Origin: a virus
Taxonomy: Duplodnaviria > Caudoviricetes
Reading direction: 5' to 3' (one strand)
Length of the DNA stretch: 64,000 nucleotides
Virus record (IMG/VR): IMGVR_UViG_3300023218_000062
Position 1 is the first letter of the stretch. Each line of letters starts with the position of its first letter. Below, piece after piece: positions 28,514 through 38,500 of this stretch. A model generated the notes under the pieces. That model had not been told where the DNA came from. It saw only the letters and a program-made list of their open reading frames with translations, and ran no database searches. The translations under genes and the position numbers were made by a program.

Positions 28514-30121
28514 ATGAAAAAAGAATATTATGATTATATTGTTAACGAAATAAAACTAAGGCCCAAGAATATAGATTTGGGCACAAATAATGTACAGGAT
28601 ATAGAATGTCTTTTATGTGGTAACACATTTAAGGCAGGCGTGAAAGGTAAGGTAAATAATTATAGAAAACATGGGATGAAAGGGTGTAAAGAATGTACTT
28701 CAATCCAAAGATATGAAAATATAAGAAATGATAGAATAAAAGAATTAGAGGAAAAATTTGAGCTATATAATATTGACCCTAAGACTGTAAATAATATGTC
28801 TATGGTTAAAGTTCGCAATAAAAAATGTGGTCACTTTTTTAAAGTAAAATACGGAAATCTATTAAATCGTGACGTAAATTGCCCCATATGCAACACAGAA
28901 CGAAAAAGAGAGCAATTTAGACAATTTAATGACGAGCGCCATGAAGAGTCATACTTATTGAAAGAAGGTTTCGACGCATATAAACAGAAAGTGTATAAGT
29001 TCACTAGAGAAACATATAGAAAACATAAAGACAAGATCAATCCTGAGAACCATACAAGAGTATTAAGTGGTGAGAAAGGCTACCATTTAGATCATATCAT
29101 ATCTGTAAGAAATTCCTTTGATTTAGGAGTCCCACCAGAAGTATGTGCAGATTATAGAAATATGCGCATGGTGAAATGGAAGGATAATAATAAAAAGTGG
29201 AAGCGCTCTTCTCTTAGAATACCAGAACCCTATTATCCATATGTTAATAATACATCAGATGAATTTATAAAAATAATGAACAATTCTGTAAAAACAGATT
29301 TTAATGCATATGTAGATTTCTCTAAATTCATGCTGACCCTATATAATGAAAAGGAAAAATTTGGTATATATTACGCTCCACTTTCTACTAATACACAGCA
29401 GATATTAGGCTCTAAGAATTATTTTAAGCAGATGAAGGAATACTTTGCTGAAAAAAGTATCACATTATTAATAATATTTGAAGATGAATGGATCAAGAAT
29501 AGATTATTAGTTATCGACAAAATACAACATTATATGAACCAGAGTGAAAAGACTACCATATATGCTAGAAAATGTGAAATACAGGAAATAGGAGTAACTG
29601 ATAAGAATAGTTTTTTGAATGCAAATCACATACAGGGTACTTGTGTAAGTCAAATAAATTTGGGGGCCTTTCATGATGGAAAATTGGTAGCAGTTATGAC
29701 ATTTTCTAAGCCTAGAATATTGATGAATAAAAAAGAGCAAGCTGGAGGCGTGTATGAACTTGCGAGATTTGCGACAGATGTACAATATCGTATACCGGGA
29801 ATTGCCTCTAAATTGTTGAAACATTTTCAAAGAAACTATAATTATAGTGAGATATATTCATATGCAGATAGGCGCTGGTCCGATGGTAACCTTTATGAAG
29901 TATTGGGATTTGAGAAAACAATTGTCAACCCACCAAATTATCATTATATTATAAACAACCAACGAAAACACAGATGGGGTTATCGAAAGGATGCTTTGAA
30001 GGAGAAATTCCCGGAGAGATATAATAAAGAGTTGACAGAATATCAAAATATGCTTGAAATGGGATATGATAGAATATGGGATTCTGGTTCGATAAAATAT
30101 GCAATATATAATAGTTATTAA
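28514..30121 (+). CDS. Free-standing homing endonuclease (zinc ribbons + HNH + degenerate Vsr-like + Mom/GNAT-like domain)
   Basis: CLLCG/GCKEC/CPIC, YHLDHIIS...NMRMVKWKDN, IFEDEW, NHIQG, ELARFA, YSYADRRWSDG. Confidence 0.75.
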   Translation: MKKEYYDYIVNEIKLRPKNIDLGTNNVQDIECLLCGNTFKAGVKGKVNNYRKHGMKGCKECTSIQRYENIRNDRIKELEEKFELYNIDPKTVNNMSMVKVRNKKCGHFFKVKYGNLLNRDVNCPICNTERKREQFRQFNDERHEESYLLKEGFDAYKQKVYKFTRETYRKHKDKINPENHTRVLSGEKGYHLDHIISVRNSFDLGVPPEVCADYRNMRMVKWKDNNKKWKRSSLRIPEPYYPYVNNTSDEFIKIMNNSVKTDFNAYVDFSKFMLTLYNEKEKFGIYYAPLSTNTQQILGSKNYFKQMKEYFAEKSITLLIIFEDEWIKNRLLVIDKIQHYMNQSEKTTIYARKCEIQEIGVTDKNSFLNANHIQGTCVSQINLGAFHDGKLVAVMTFSKPRILMNKKEQAGGVYELARFATDVQYRIPGIASKLLKHFQRNYNYSEIYSYADRRWSDGNLYEVLGFEKTIVNPPNYHYIINNQRKHRWGYRKDALKEKFPERYNKELTEYQNMLEMGYDRIWDSGSIKYAIYNSY

Positions 30122-30149
30122 TTATATCAACAAATGTCTCATTTGTCAA
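30121..30149 (-). promoter_or_regulatory. Perfect sigma70 consensus promoter, antisense to the endonuclease gene
   Basis: Minus strand TTGACA-AATGAGACATTTGTTGA-TATAAT, containing inverted repeat ACAAATG-N3-CATTTGT. Confidence 0.65.
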
Positions 30150-30152
30150 CAA

Positions 30153-30302
30153 TTAGTTTTTTGGACGAGAGGAACTACAGATGCCTCTCATTAAGGATTC
30201 CTCCTTCCTAGAAATGTTAATTGCTGCATTTAAATCTGCATTTTGAAAGCAATGTTTTGGTTTGAGAAGTGATTTCTCTAGGAAGTAATTTTGGAATGTC
30301 AT
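30153..30302 (-). mobile_element. TnpB (IS200/IS605) 3'-end remnant
   Basis: 49-codon minus-strand frame containing CFQNADLNAAINISRK (TnpB C-terminal RuvC motif) then hairpin GAGAGG-N11-CCTCTC. Confidence 0.5.
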
Positions 30303-30719
30303 CTCCAGATCAAATCAATTATTTGTTTAACAACATTTCGGTATTCATCAATGATCGATTATGATGAAGAAGGATCGAAACCAAGTTGGATACATGTTAT
30401 GTATGCTCCTAAATTAAAGAGTGGAAAACATTTTGAAAGATTAACAGGATTTAAATTAGATGATCTGATTATGTATGCGGCAAAAATATCCAGTAATAGA
30501 TCACTTCCACAAGCTGCCCGTAGAAAGTTCTCTAAAGAATTCTCTGCGAGAGTATGGGAAGAAGACACGTTTGCGCATGATTTTGTATCATTCGTAGGTA
30601 ACACTGAAACATATTTACCAGACCTTCTCAGATATAGTAATTGGGGTGTATATAACAACATTCCAGTAATAATAGATTTAGGATTAAGCAAAGATGTCTA
30701 CATACAACACTACTCCTGA
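30291..30719 (+). pseudogene. Probably 5'-truncated protein-kinase-like gene
   Basis: C-lobe-like DLLRYSNWGVY..PVIIDLG motif; no N-lobe and no good ATG/RBS. Confidence 0.4.
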
Positions 30720-30786
30720 TGGTGTTTCTAACTTAACACAAACATGTCTATAAATATCAGAAGGAAATAAAAAGGGTTATATAGTT

Positions 30787-31131
30787 TTGAAAAATATCAA
30801 AGAATTATCTTTTTCGGAATATTACCGTTCGAAACAAAAGTTGTTAGAAAGGGCGGAAGATACACCTAGGATGTACTCGGTATATGAACTTACAACATAT
30901 AAGAAAGTTCCGTTAAAAGATTCTTATGACGAAGATGATAAAACCTATATTAGCTTTAAACCCAAGGACCGGATAAAAATATTATGGGAATATGAAGATA
31001 TTTATTATCCTACTGCTAGAAATTTTGTGGTATTATCTGAAAATAATTCTAAAACGTATTATCCCTGTTGGGGAAGCAAGAAGCTCTTAAAATGGGTTTT
31101 GGTTAATACTAGAGAGGTTACTGATGAATGA
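30787..31131 (+). CDS. Hypothetical late protein
   Basis: 114-aa ORF, TATAAATA at 30749. Confidence 0.6.
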   Translation: MKNIKELSFSEYYRSKQKLLERAEDTPRMYSVYELTTYKKVPLKDSYDEDDKTYISFKPKDRIKILWEYEDIYYPTARNFVVLSENNSKTYYPCWGSKKLLKWVLVNTREVTDE

Positions 31132-31483
31132 AATACAGTTAAATCCAACGGTGTATAAAAATCCATATAATGAAAAAGATTTTTTAAAAATGGGTGACAA
31201 GATAAACAAATTATGTCATAAAAAATTTGATGTTCATTATCTATATATTTTACAAAATGAATTAGAATCTATAGATAATGAAAATAATAAACTATTCAAT
31301 AAAAAAATAAGAAATGAATTAAAATCCCGAATGTTAGAATATACAAAATATTCTCCTTGTGCAGAAATTTTTTATTCATCTATATTTTGTGAACTATTTA
31401 ACACTTATAAAAATGAACCGTTATCCGATCTTATTTTTTTTATTGAAAGATTAACATTAATGTCTAAAAATGCTGAAGAATAG
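31124..31483 (+). CDS. Hypothetical protein
   Basis: 119-aa ORF overlapping previous gene. Confidence 0.55.
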   Translation: MNEIQLNPTVYKNPYNEKDFLKMGDKINKLCHKKFDVHYLYILQNELESIDNENNKLFNKKIRNELKSRMLEYTKYSPCAEIFYSSIFCELFNTYKNEPLSDLIFFIERLTLMSKNAEE

Positions 31484-31529
31484 AATAAATATTAGTTAGT
31501 GTTCTAAGGGGTTTAAAAAGATTTTAATC

Positions 31530-32225
31530 ATGATGGATATTCTAGAGTTTTTAAAAGAGTATGGTGTAGGGGGTATAATAGGTCTAGCTATTGGTGGGGG
31601 GCTTTATGTTTTATGGCAATCATATGTGAAATATATTTTCAAAAAATTGTATGATAGATACGACACTAAGCATGATATTAAAAAAGAAAAGAATTATCTC
31701 GACAACAGAAAAAAGGCACTCCAATCTCAAGAATTTTTCCCCAATATTAAGTTTAAAATGAATGTAGATATCCCATCAGAAGATTTTTCCATCGATGAAG
31801 GCCGAAGATGTTTATACAAAAACATTATGTTGGCATTATTTGAATCATATTATAATAATATGATTGAATTTTCTAGGGGGTTAGACACTTCATGGGATAA
31901 CAATGAATGGGCAAATTCCCTGAATAGTGTAAATTATAAAATAATCGAAGATTTCAAGGCTAATTGTGCTCAGAGAGAAATACCTAAAGATATAGTAAAA
32001 TATTTTATTATTTGGTTCACCCCAATTATGAAACAGATATATTTTTATGTTAAAAAAATAGCTGCAATGAATAATAAAAATTCAATAGAGAATACTAATA
32101 CTTATTTATTATTGTTAGAGCTCATATTAATGAATACTTTATCAGATATAAAGAATTTTGATATGGCCGACAACCATTTAGAGGGTTTGGAATATAAGGG
32201 GAAAATAATAGATAAGTTTGAATAA
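31530..32225 (+). CDS. Membrane protein, possibly holin-like
   Basis: Single N-terminal TM (GVGGIIGLAIGGGLYVLW) plus soluble domain, topology like T4 holin T. Confidence 0.4.
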   Translation: MMDILEFLKEYGVGGIIGLAIGGGLYVLWQSYVKYIFKKLYDRYDTKHDIKKEKNYLDNRKKALQSQEFFPNIKFKMNVDIPSEDFSIDEGRRCLYKNIMLALFESYYNNMIEFSRGLDTSWDNNEWANSLNSVNYKIIEDFKANCAQREIPKDIVKYFIIWFTPIMKQIYFYVKKIAAMNNKNSIENTNTYLLLLELILMNTLSDIKNFDMADNHLEGLEYKGKIIDKFE

Positions 32226-32254
32226 ATACTAGACATGAAATAGTTAATTAGAAT

Positions 32255-35203
32255 ATGTCTATATATGATTCATTTGCAGATAAACCTAATAGAATTAGGG
32301 AAGAAGGGCAAGAAATAACATTAAGATTTTCTCGCATAGATGATAATACAGGAAAAATTACGTGGAATATACCACCCAATTTTAAAGGATGCAAAGGAGA
32401 TGGTGTTTACGACGGTATTGTAATTACAGTAAGCCGAAAACCGGCCGACTATATTGAATCTTCTCCTAAAGATGGAACTTACTACATAGGAGACAATAGC
32501 GTAGACCCTGACTTACATGCCGGTAGCAAGATTATCAATAGCGAAGAAGTAAAAGTTTTAGTAGTTGGGGCATTTTATAATGATAGAACAACTACAGAAC
32601 TTGAGGTTATGAATCTTGAGCCTAGGACGGCATATTACTTTTCGGGATATGCAGTAGATAATGTTGCTAGATATCATAGAGAGGGAGTTCATTCGTATTC
32701 CCTACCTACAGGAATTGAAGAAAGCAATGAAGAGATGCTTACACCTGCGGAGCATGTCATTGATTTAGATGATGATATAAAATTATCATCAGCAACAGGG
32801 GTGGAAGAAGGGAAGGAGTATAATATCATTGCAGACATCAATGAAGAGGAAGATGTAGAAATAAAAATAAATGGCAATGAAGCAAAAACATATGCTTCTA
32901 TGATAGAAAGTATTAACAAAAGATATATGGAACTTGACGATCCGTATTATTCACCCACCTTTCCGTTTAAAGGAGTTGTTTTTGAAATAGATAATCAGTT
33001 TTATTTATGGGATGGTGAAAAGAGAATTGAAATATTTCCATTAGAAAGCGCCACATTGCCTAACATAGCACATGAGGGTGATCTATGGTATGATACCTCA
33101 TCAGAGGTCCTTAATGAGTATGATTCTGGACAGTGGGTGCCCCAAACTGTTATAAAATATGGCTTTGATATAACGAACCCATCTGACGGCACTATATGGT
33201 TTGACGGCACAGTAGCTAGAGAATGGAAAGGTGATTTGTGGTGTGACTTGAATACTATAATAAGTACTAGAAATCCCCTCCTTCCGCCAAAATTACGGAA
33301 AAACGTTTATTGGTTCAACACTGGTACTGGAGAATTTTTTGAGAGGAACACTGAATTAAAGAGATGGGAAGATGCTTTAGTTATTCACTATTCTAAAGAT
33401 CCTGAAGATATAGATATAGGTGATTTTTGGTTTGATGAGACTAATGAAAAGGTGTTTCAATTGGTTAGTGGGTTTTTATGGGAAGAAGTTGAGAATATAG
33501 TATTTGAGGAAACCAATTCTACACCATCTTTCAATGAGGTAAATGGTGAAGAGTTTGAATATAGATATGTGATAGATGAACAGACGTTATATGAATGGAA
33601 AGCTACTGATCTTGAGTGGGTTCAAGTCCCTATCGCAATATTCCCTACTGATCCTAGAGATAGAGAGTCATGCGGCTTATGGTGGGACTCCTCACCAAGT
33701 GTGGATACCGTATTCTTATGGGATGCCATAAATAATATATGGACCCCTTCTGATGATTTTTTCCAACAGTCGAGAGACCCAGCACTCCCAGCGCTGCTGG
33801 AAGAAGGTAGCGTTTGGTATAACCCTGACAATGAAGAACTTCTAAAGATACTTAGTGAGAATTGTGAAAAAGTAGAATTTATAAATGAATCTTTTAATCC
33901 TGTTGGCGGTACTCCTATTAGTATTTTTTGGAAAGATGACGAAACATTCAAAGAATGGAATGGGACAACTTGGGTAGAATTGGACCCACAACCCCTACAG
34001 TGGGATACAGATCCTACAATTATAGATGTGGGGACATATTGGTTAGATTCTATACAGAACGTGCTGTTTGTATGGAGTGGCACTGATTGGGTAGAAGTAG
34101 AAGTTTCTGATACCGACCCCAAACCGGAGGAAGAATTTTTATGGTATAATACTGTAGAAAACCAATTATATGAATGGACACAAAAGGAACAGTGGGAGAA
34201 AACTACAGGTAAAGTATTTGTTGAATTTGTGCCTAAGAAAACTGTAGAAGGCAGGGCGCTGCTAGAATTTAAGACTCGCAAGAAGGGTTGTGATGCTATG
34301 TTAACCCTTAAGGCTCGTAAGGATAATATTCTATCAGCGTTGAAAACCAATATCCGCTATAGACATCCTAAAGAAGGGAGGGATCTAGAAGAAGGTAATC
34401 CAATGTACAAACGTCTTGGTGTTGGTGATGATGGGAGCCCAGACGAAAGAAGAGAACTTCATGACACCATAAGACAAATTTTAGGTGAACCTAGTACTAA
34501 AGTTGAACTATCAAAGTCTAATATTGATGTGTGCATAGATAATGCCCTCACACAACTTAGAAAATATGGCGGGATATCATATAAAAGAGGATTTTTTTTC
34601 TTGGATCTTAAACCCAACCAACAACATTATGTATTAAATGACCGCTGTACCGGGTTCAATGAAATTGTAGAAGTTAAAGGAGTATTCAGATTACGTAGTG
34701 GCTTTTTTCAAGGAGCATATTCAGGACATGATATTTATGGATATGCAGCATTGAAACAGTTATATACATTAGGTTCATTTGATTTATTGACCTTCCATAA
34801 TGTTTCACATTTCATTGAAGAGCTAGAAACTCTTTTTGCGACCAGAATAACGTATCAATGGGTGGAACGAAAGAGAGAACTTAGGTTACTTAATGCCATT
34901 TATCATCCAGAAAGAGTACTGGTGGATGCCAGTATTGAAAGAAGCGAACAAGATTTGATTGTAGATCGCGGAACCAAATTATGGCTACAACGCTGGGCAG
35001 TTGCTGAAGCCAAAATGATGTTATCTCAGAGCAGAGGTAAGTTTCAAACTTTGCCGGGCCCTAATGGAGGTACTGTTCTTAATGCACAAGAATTGATCAC
35101 CCAATCTGAAGCTGAAAAGGCTGTATTGATGGAAGAATTAGAAGATATGGCAATGCAGGGAGTAGAAGAAGTAGGACTGAGTGCGTATTTTGTACTGGGA
35201 TAA
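32255..35203 (+). CDS. gp13: Neck protein gp13 with long N-terminal Trp-rich repeat extension
   Basis: C-terminal WLQRWAVAEAKMMLSQSRGKFQTLPGPNGGTVLNAQEL gp13 motif. Confidence 0.8.
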   Translation: MSIYDSFADKPNRIREEGQEITLRFSRIDDNTGKITWNIPPNFKGCKGDGVYDGIVITVSRKPADYIESSPKDGTYYIGDNSVDPDLHAGSKIINSEEVKVLVVGAFYNDRTTTELEVMNLEPRTAYYFSGYAVDNVARYHREGVHSYSLPTGIEESNEEMLTPAEHVIDLDDDIKLSSATGVEEGKEYNIIADINEEEDVEIKINGNEAKTYASMIESINKRYMELDDPYYSPTFPFKGVVFEIDNQFYLWDGEKRIEIFPLESATLPNIAHEGDLWYDTSSEVLNEYDSGQWVPQTVIKYGFDITNPSDGTIWFDGTVAREWKGDLWCDLNTIISTRNPLLPPKLRKNVYWFNTGTGEFFERNTELKRWEDALVIHYSKDPEDIDIGDFWFDETNEKVFQLVSGFLWEEVENIVFEETNSTPSFNEVNGEEFEYRYVIDEQTLYEWKATDLEWVQVPIAIFPTDPRDRESCGLWWDSSPSVDTVFLWDAINNIWTPSDDFFQQSRDPALPALLEEGSVWYNPDNEELLKILSENCEKVEFINESFNPVGGTPISIFWKDDETFKEWNGTTWVELDPQPLQWDTDPTIIDVGTYWLDSIQNVLFVWSGTDWVEVEVSDTDPKPEEEFLWYNTVENQLYEWTQKEQWEKTTGKVFVEFVPKKTVEGRALLEFKTRKKGCDAMLTLKARKDNILSALKTNIRYRHPKEGRDLEEGNPMYKRLGVGDDGSPDERRELHDTIRQILGEPSTKVELSKSNIDVCIDNALTQLRKYGGISYKRGFFFLDLKPNQQHYVLNDRCTGFNEIVEVKGVFRLRSGFFQGAYSGHDIYGYAALKQLYTLGSFDLLTFHNVSHFIEELETLFATRITYQWVERKRELRLLNAIYHPERVLVDASIERSEQDLIVDRGTKLWLQRWAVAEAKMMLSQSRGKFQTLPGPNGGTVLNAQELITQSEAEKAVLMEELEDMAMQGVEEVGLSAYFVLG

Positions 35204-35206
35204 TAT

Positions 35207-36922
35207 ATGACTGATGATAATAAAGTAGACTGCTATCCAGAAGAGGAAGATACTGTTAAGGATTGTCCCGAGGGTGGTGTTATAGGTCCAAATGACCCCA
35301 CCTTCGACAATCCTACTACAAATGATCCCTGTGCAGACAACCCACAGAATCTACCATGCGCTACTGAAGAGCCGTGCTATCCATGGCAGTTTACAAATTT
35401 TTCGGAAGAAGTTTGTTCTATAGAAGGTTATATAGAAGCATCTATTAATATAGGTGGTGCGGTAGTAAATGTACATAAATTGTTGGGGGTTCATGAACAG
35501 AATAAACTAGTAGACGCTACTGGAGTGGGTAAGGCTATATCGAACGGCGACCATCCTAATTTTCCAGCAAAAAATGCGTTTGACAAATATGACACAGAAT
35601 GGAGATCTGAACAGCTAGGTAAAGATGTTGTCCGTAAATCTTATATAGGGTACGACTTTGGCCCCATAAGGTTAGACAATGGGCGAGTTAGATATTCGAT
35701 AGAGACCTTCGTAAAAAAGAATGTTGCTACAATACGATTACAACAAGGTTGTGATTCTAAAAATAGAGTTACCAAGGTTCGTTTGGAACGTTCATACGAC
35801 GGTGAAAAATGGTATGGTGTGTCAGCAATTAAAATACCAGATTGTGAAGGTCTAGTAACTATACATTTTAAATCGACGGCACCCGCCAGATATTGGAGAG
35901 TTCGTCCGTTAGAATTTAACGGTGGAAAAACAGACTATTGGGCAGTCAAGGCATTACAATTATCTGAACATGAAAAAACAGACATGAGAAATATACAAGA
36001 CAAAGTATTTTTGGAAAATAGAGATCGAAAATATTCAAAAGAATCTGTGAGGATTAAAGGTTCATATGCACCAGTAGAATATTCTGCATTTCTTTCTAAA
36101 ATAGGTATGAACAGCCCGTATAATGCTGAACAATTTGTTTTTGAATTTTCGTTCAGGCAGATAGTTAGAGAAATTGGACGACCGTTAGTTATTGGTGATA
36201 TAATACAGATACCAAGTGAGACGTATTTCAATACCTCATTGGACTCAAAGCTTAAATATCTTGAAATAACAAACGTAGCGTGGGCCACAACAGGTTTTAG
36301 CCCCCAATGGGTCCCTACCATGCTTAGAGTTATTGCAGAGCCAGCAATGGCCTCTAGAGAGACGCAAGATATATTTGGGAAGCTTACCGAAGACTTTGAT
36401 GAAGTTGGAACATCAGATATTAATGATGGAAATAGAAGAAAGAAAAATTATCAAGACATACATGATGTTTCTGATGCCGTGGCGTCCGAAGCTAATACAC
36501 AAGTCCCCCACCGAGGACAGGATTATGCTAATAAACAGAAACTAAGTAATGAGTTGCGGCAGTGGATAGAAGAAGATTTAAATGGAAAGAAAAACCCCGA
36601 CAGGCTTGAACGCAACAGACCGGTTTGGGCAATCGATGGATTACCCCCTAATGGAGAAGATTTCACGGAAGGTGAAAAATTTCCTGATAATCCAAAAGAT
36701 AGGGACTATCACAGGCTAACATATGATAGTATAGATAAAAACCTATCCCCTGCTTTATATAGATTTTCTAAAGCAAAAAATAAATGGATTTATATGGAAA
36801 CGGATCTGCGGCATGAATGGAAAGAAACTAAAGCTACTCTGACGAGCTTTCTTAATCCTGCTGGCGAGAACAAGGACTTCCGTAGTGATGTGGATGAAAT
36901 TGAGGATAATTTGGATGACTAA
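35207..36922 (+). CDS. gp14: Neck/head-closure protein gp14 with inserted discoidin (F5/8 type C)-like domain
   Basis: NIQDKVFLENRDRKY gp14 motif; AKNAFD...WRS...YIGYDFG...RYWRV discoidin pattern. Confidence 0.7.
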   Translation: MTDDNKVDCYPEEEDTVKDCPEGGVIGPNDPTFDNPTTNDPCADNPQNLPCATEEPCYPWQFTNFSEEVCSIEGYIEASINIGGAVVNVHKLLGVHEQNKLVDATGVGKAISNGDHPNFPAKNAFDKYDTEWRSEQLGKDVVRKSYIGYDFGPIRLDNGRVRYSIETFVKKNVATIRLQQGCDSKNRVTKVRLERSYDGEKWYGVSAIKIPDCEGLVTIHFKSTAPARYWRVRPLEFNGGKTDYWAVKALQLSEHEKTDMRNIQDKVFLENRDRKYSKESVRIKGSYAPVEYSAFLSKIGMNSPYNAEQFVFEFSFRQIVREIGRPLVIGDIIQIPSETYFNTSLDSKLKYLEITNVAWATTGFSPQWVPTMLRVIAEPAMASRETQDIFGKLTEDFDEVGTSDINDGNRRKKNYQDIHDVSDAVASEANTQVPHRGQDYANKQKLSNELRQWIEEDLNGKKNPDRLERNRPVWAIDGLPPNGEDFTEGEKFPDNPKDRDYHRLTYDSIDKNLSPALYRFSKAKNKWIYMETDLRHEWKETKATLTSFLNPAGENKDFRSDVDEIEDNLDD

Positions 36923-36996
36923 ATAGTTGCCCCTCTTGCTATATACTAAACAACCCTTTATAATCTCCGAAATATTGGAATTAATAATAGGATTTA

Positions 36997-38499
36997 ATGA
37001 ATAATAAAAAACAAAAACACATAATCAATAATATGCTAAATTCACCGGACCTTTTGGGGCGATGTATTGATATTATACAACCGTCATATTTCGATCCAGA
37101 ATATATCCCACACATAAAATTTTTGGTGGATTATCATATTAAATATAATACTAATCCATCTCTTGAGCTAATGAATTCTGAAATAGATTCAGATATTATA
37201 TATGAAGCCTATCCAATTCCGACTGATGAATTAGAATATACTTCTGAGGAAGTAGAGGCATTTTGTAAACAATCTGCCATGCGCGATGCTATAACAGACA
37301 GTTTTTCATTAATTCAAGATAATGAATTCGGCGAAGTGTATAAAAAAGTATCTGATGCGTTAAATGTTAGTTTGAAAAAAGATTTGGGATTGGATGTATA
37401 TGAAAATCCGGAAGAAAGACTACAAAAAATGTTAGAAGATTTGGATTATATTCCTTCTGGAATCAATACTTTAGACGAATTGATGGGGGGTGGGGCATTA
37501 AGGAAACAATTTCAAATTGTATCAGCAAACTCTGGTGGCGGCAAGTCAGTATTTTTGTCCAATATAGCGAATAATTATTCTTTACAGGGGCTAGATGTTG
37601 TGTACATTTCACTAGAATTGCCGCCTGAAATGATATTTTTGCGTCAGGCATATATCATGACTTCTTTCTCTCATCGTATATGGAAAAGTAAAATACCTGA
37701 AATTGCGGCTAAAATGTCTGAGTTTAAGAAATTTGGAGTGGGAAATTTTAGGATTGTAAGACTTCCAATTGGAAGTAATGCTAATTCCATTCGAGCGTAT
37801 CTTAAACAATATGAGATAGAATTTGGTAAGAGCCCAGATGCGTTGATAGTAGATTATTTAGATTTGATGTCTCCGATTTCAGGAACTAAAAATAAAGGCG
37901 TGTCCGAGCAAGATAAAGAAATATCTGAAGAAATATATGAATTACTTCATACATATGATATGATAGGTTGGTCCGCTTCTCAGCAGAATAGAGAAGCGTT
38001 AAAAATGAATTCTCCCGACCAATCAGTCGTTGCTGGGGGGCTTTCCAAGGTCAATATATGTGATAATTGGATATCTGTTTTCATGAGTGGAGACATGAGA
38101 CTTGCCGGGGAATTGATGATTTATATGCTGAAAACTCGCTACGCGGATGGACAACATAAAAGTTCTATGCTGGCGTTTGATGATGGAAGTTTAAAGATAT
38201 CAGATCATGAATCTCCTGACAAATCAGAAGATTTAATAAGAAAAATCGAAAAGAGAAAACAAAATAACAAAAAATCAAAAGAAAAAAATGTGTTAGACGC
38301 TGCGGTTGACTCTGGTGACATAGATCTACCCGAGGTGCAGAATGAAGCGAAAACTAGGACTATAAATAGCAGATTAGATTCATTACGAAATGAATTGGTG
38401 GATTTTTCAGATGAAGATGAAAATCCTCCAATACACAAAAACCAAGATTTACTAGATTTAATAAATTTTACAGATCATTTACAAGTAAAGGAGAATTAA
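36997..38499 (+). CDS. gp41: Replicative DnaB-like helicase
   Basis: ANSGGGKS Walker A, ISLEL, LIVDYLDLM, WSASQQNR; promoter TTGCTA-N17-TATAAT at 36936-36964. Confidence 0.92.
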   Translation: MNNKKQKHIINNMLNSPDLLGRCIDIIQPSYFDPEYIPHIKFLVDYHIKYNTNPSLELMNSEIDSDIIYEAYPIPTDELEYTSEEVEAFCKQSAMRDAITDSFSLIQDNEFGEVYKKVSDALNVSLKKDLGLDVYENPEERLQKMLEDLDYIPSGINTLDELMGGGALRKQFQIVSANSGGGKSVFLSNIANNYSLQGLDVVYISLELPPEMIFLRQAYIMTSFSHRIWKSKIPEIAAKMSEFKKFGVGNFRIVRLPIGSNANSIRAYLKQYEIEFGKSPDALIVDYLDLMSPISGTKNKGVSEQDKEISEEIYELLHTYDMIGWSASQQNREALKMNSPDQSVVAGGLSKVNICDNWISVFMSGDMRLAGELMIYMLKTRYADGQHKSSMLAFDDGSLKISDHESPDKSEDLIRKIEKRKQNNKKSKEKNVLDAAVDSGDIDLPEVQNEAKTRTINSRLDSLRNELVDFSDEDENPPIHKNQDLLDLINFTDHLQVKEN

Positions 38500-38500
38500 C

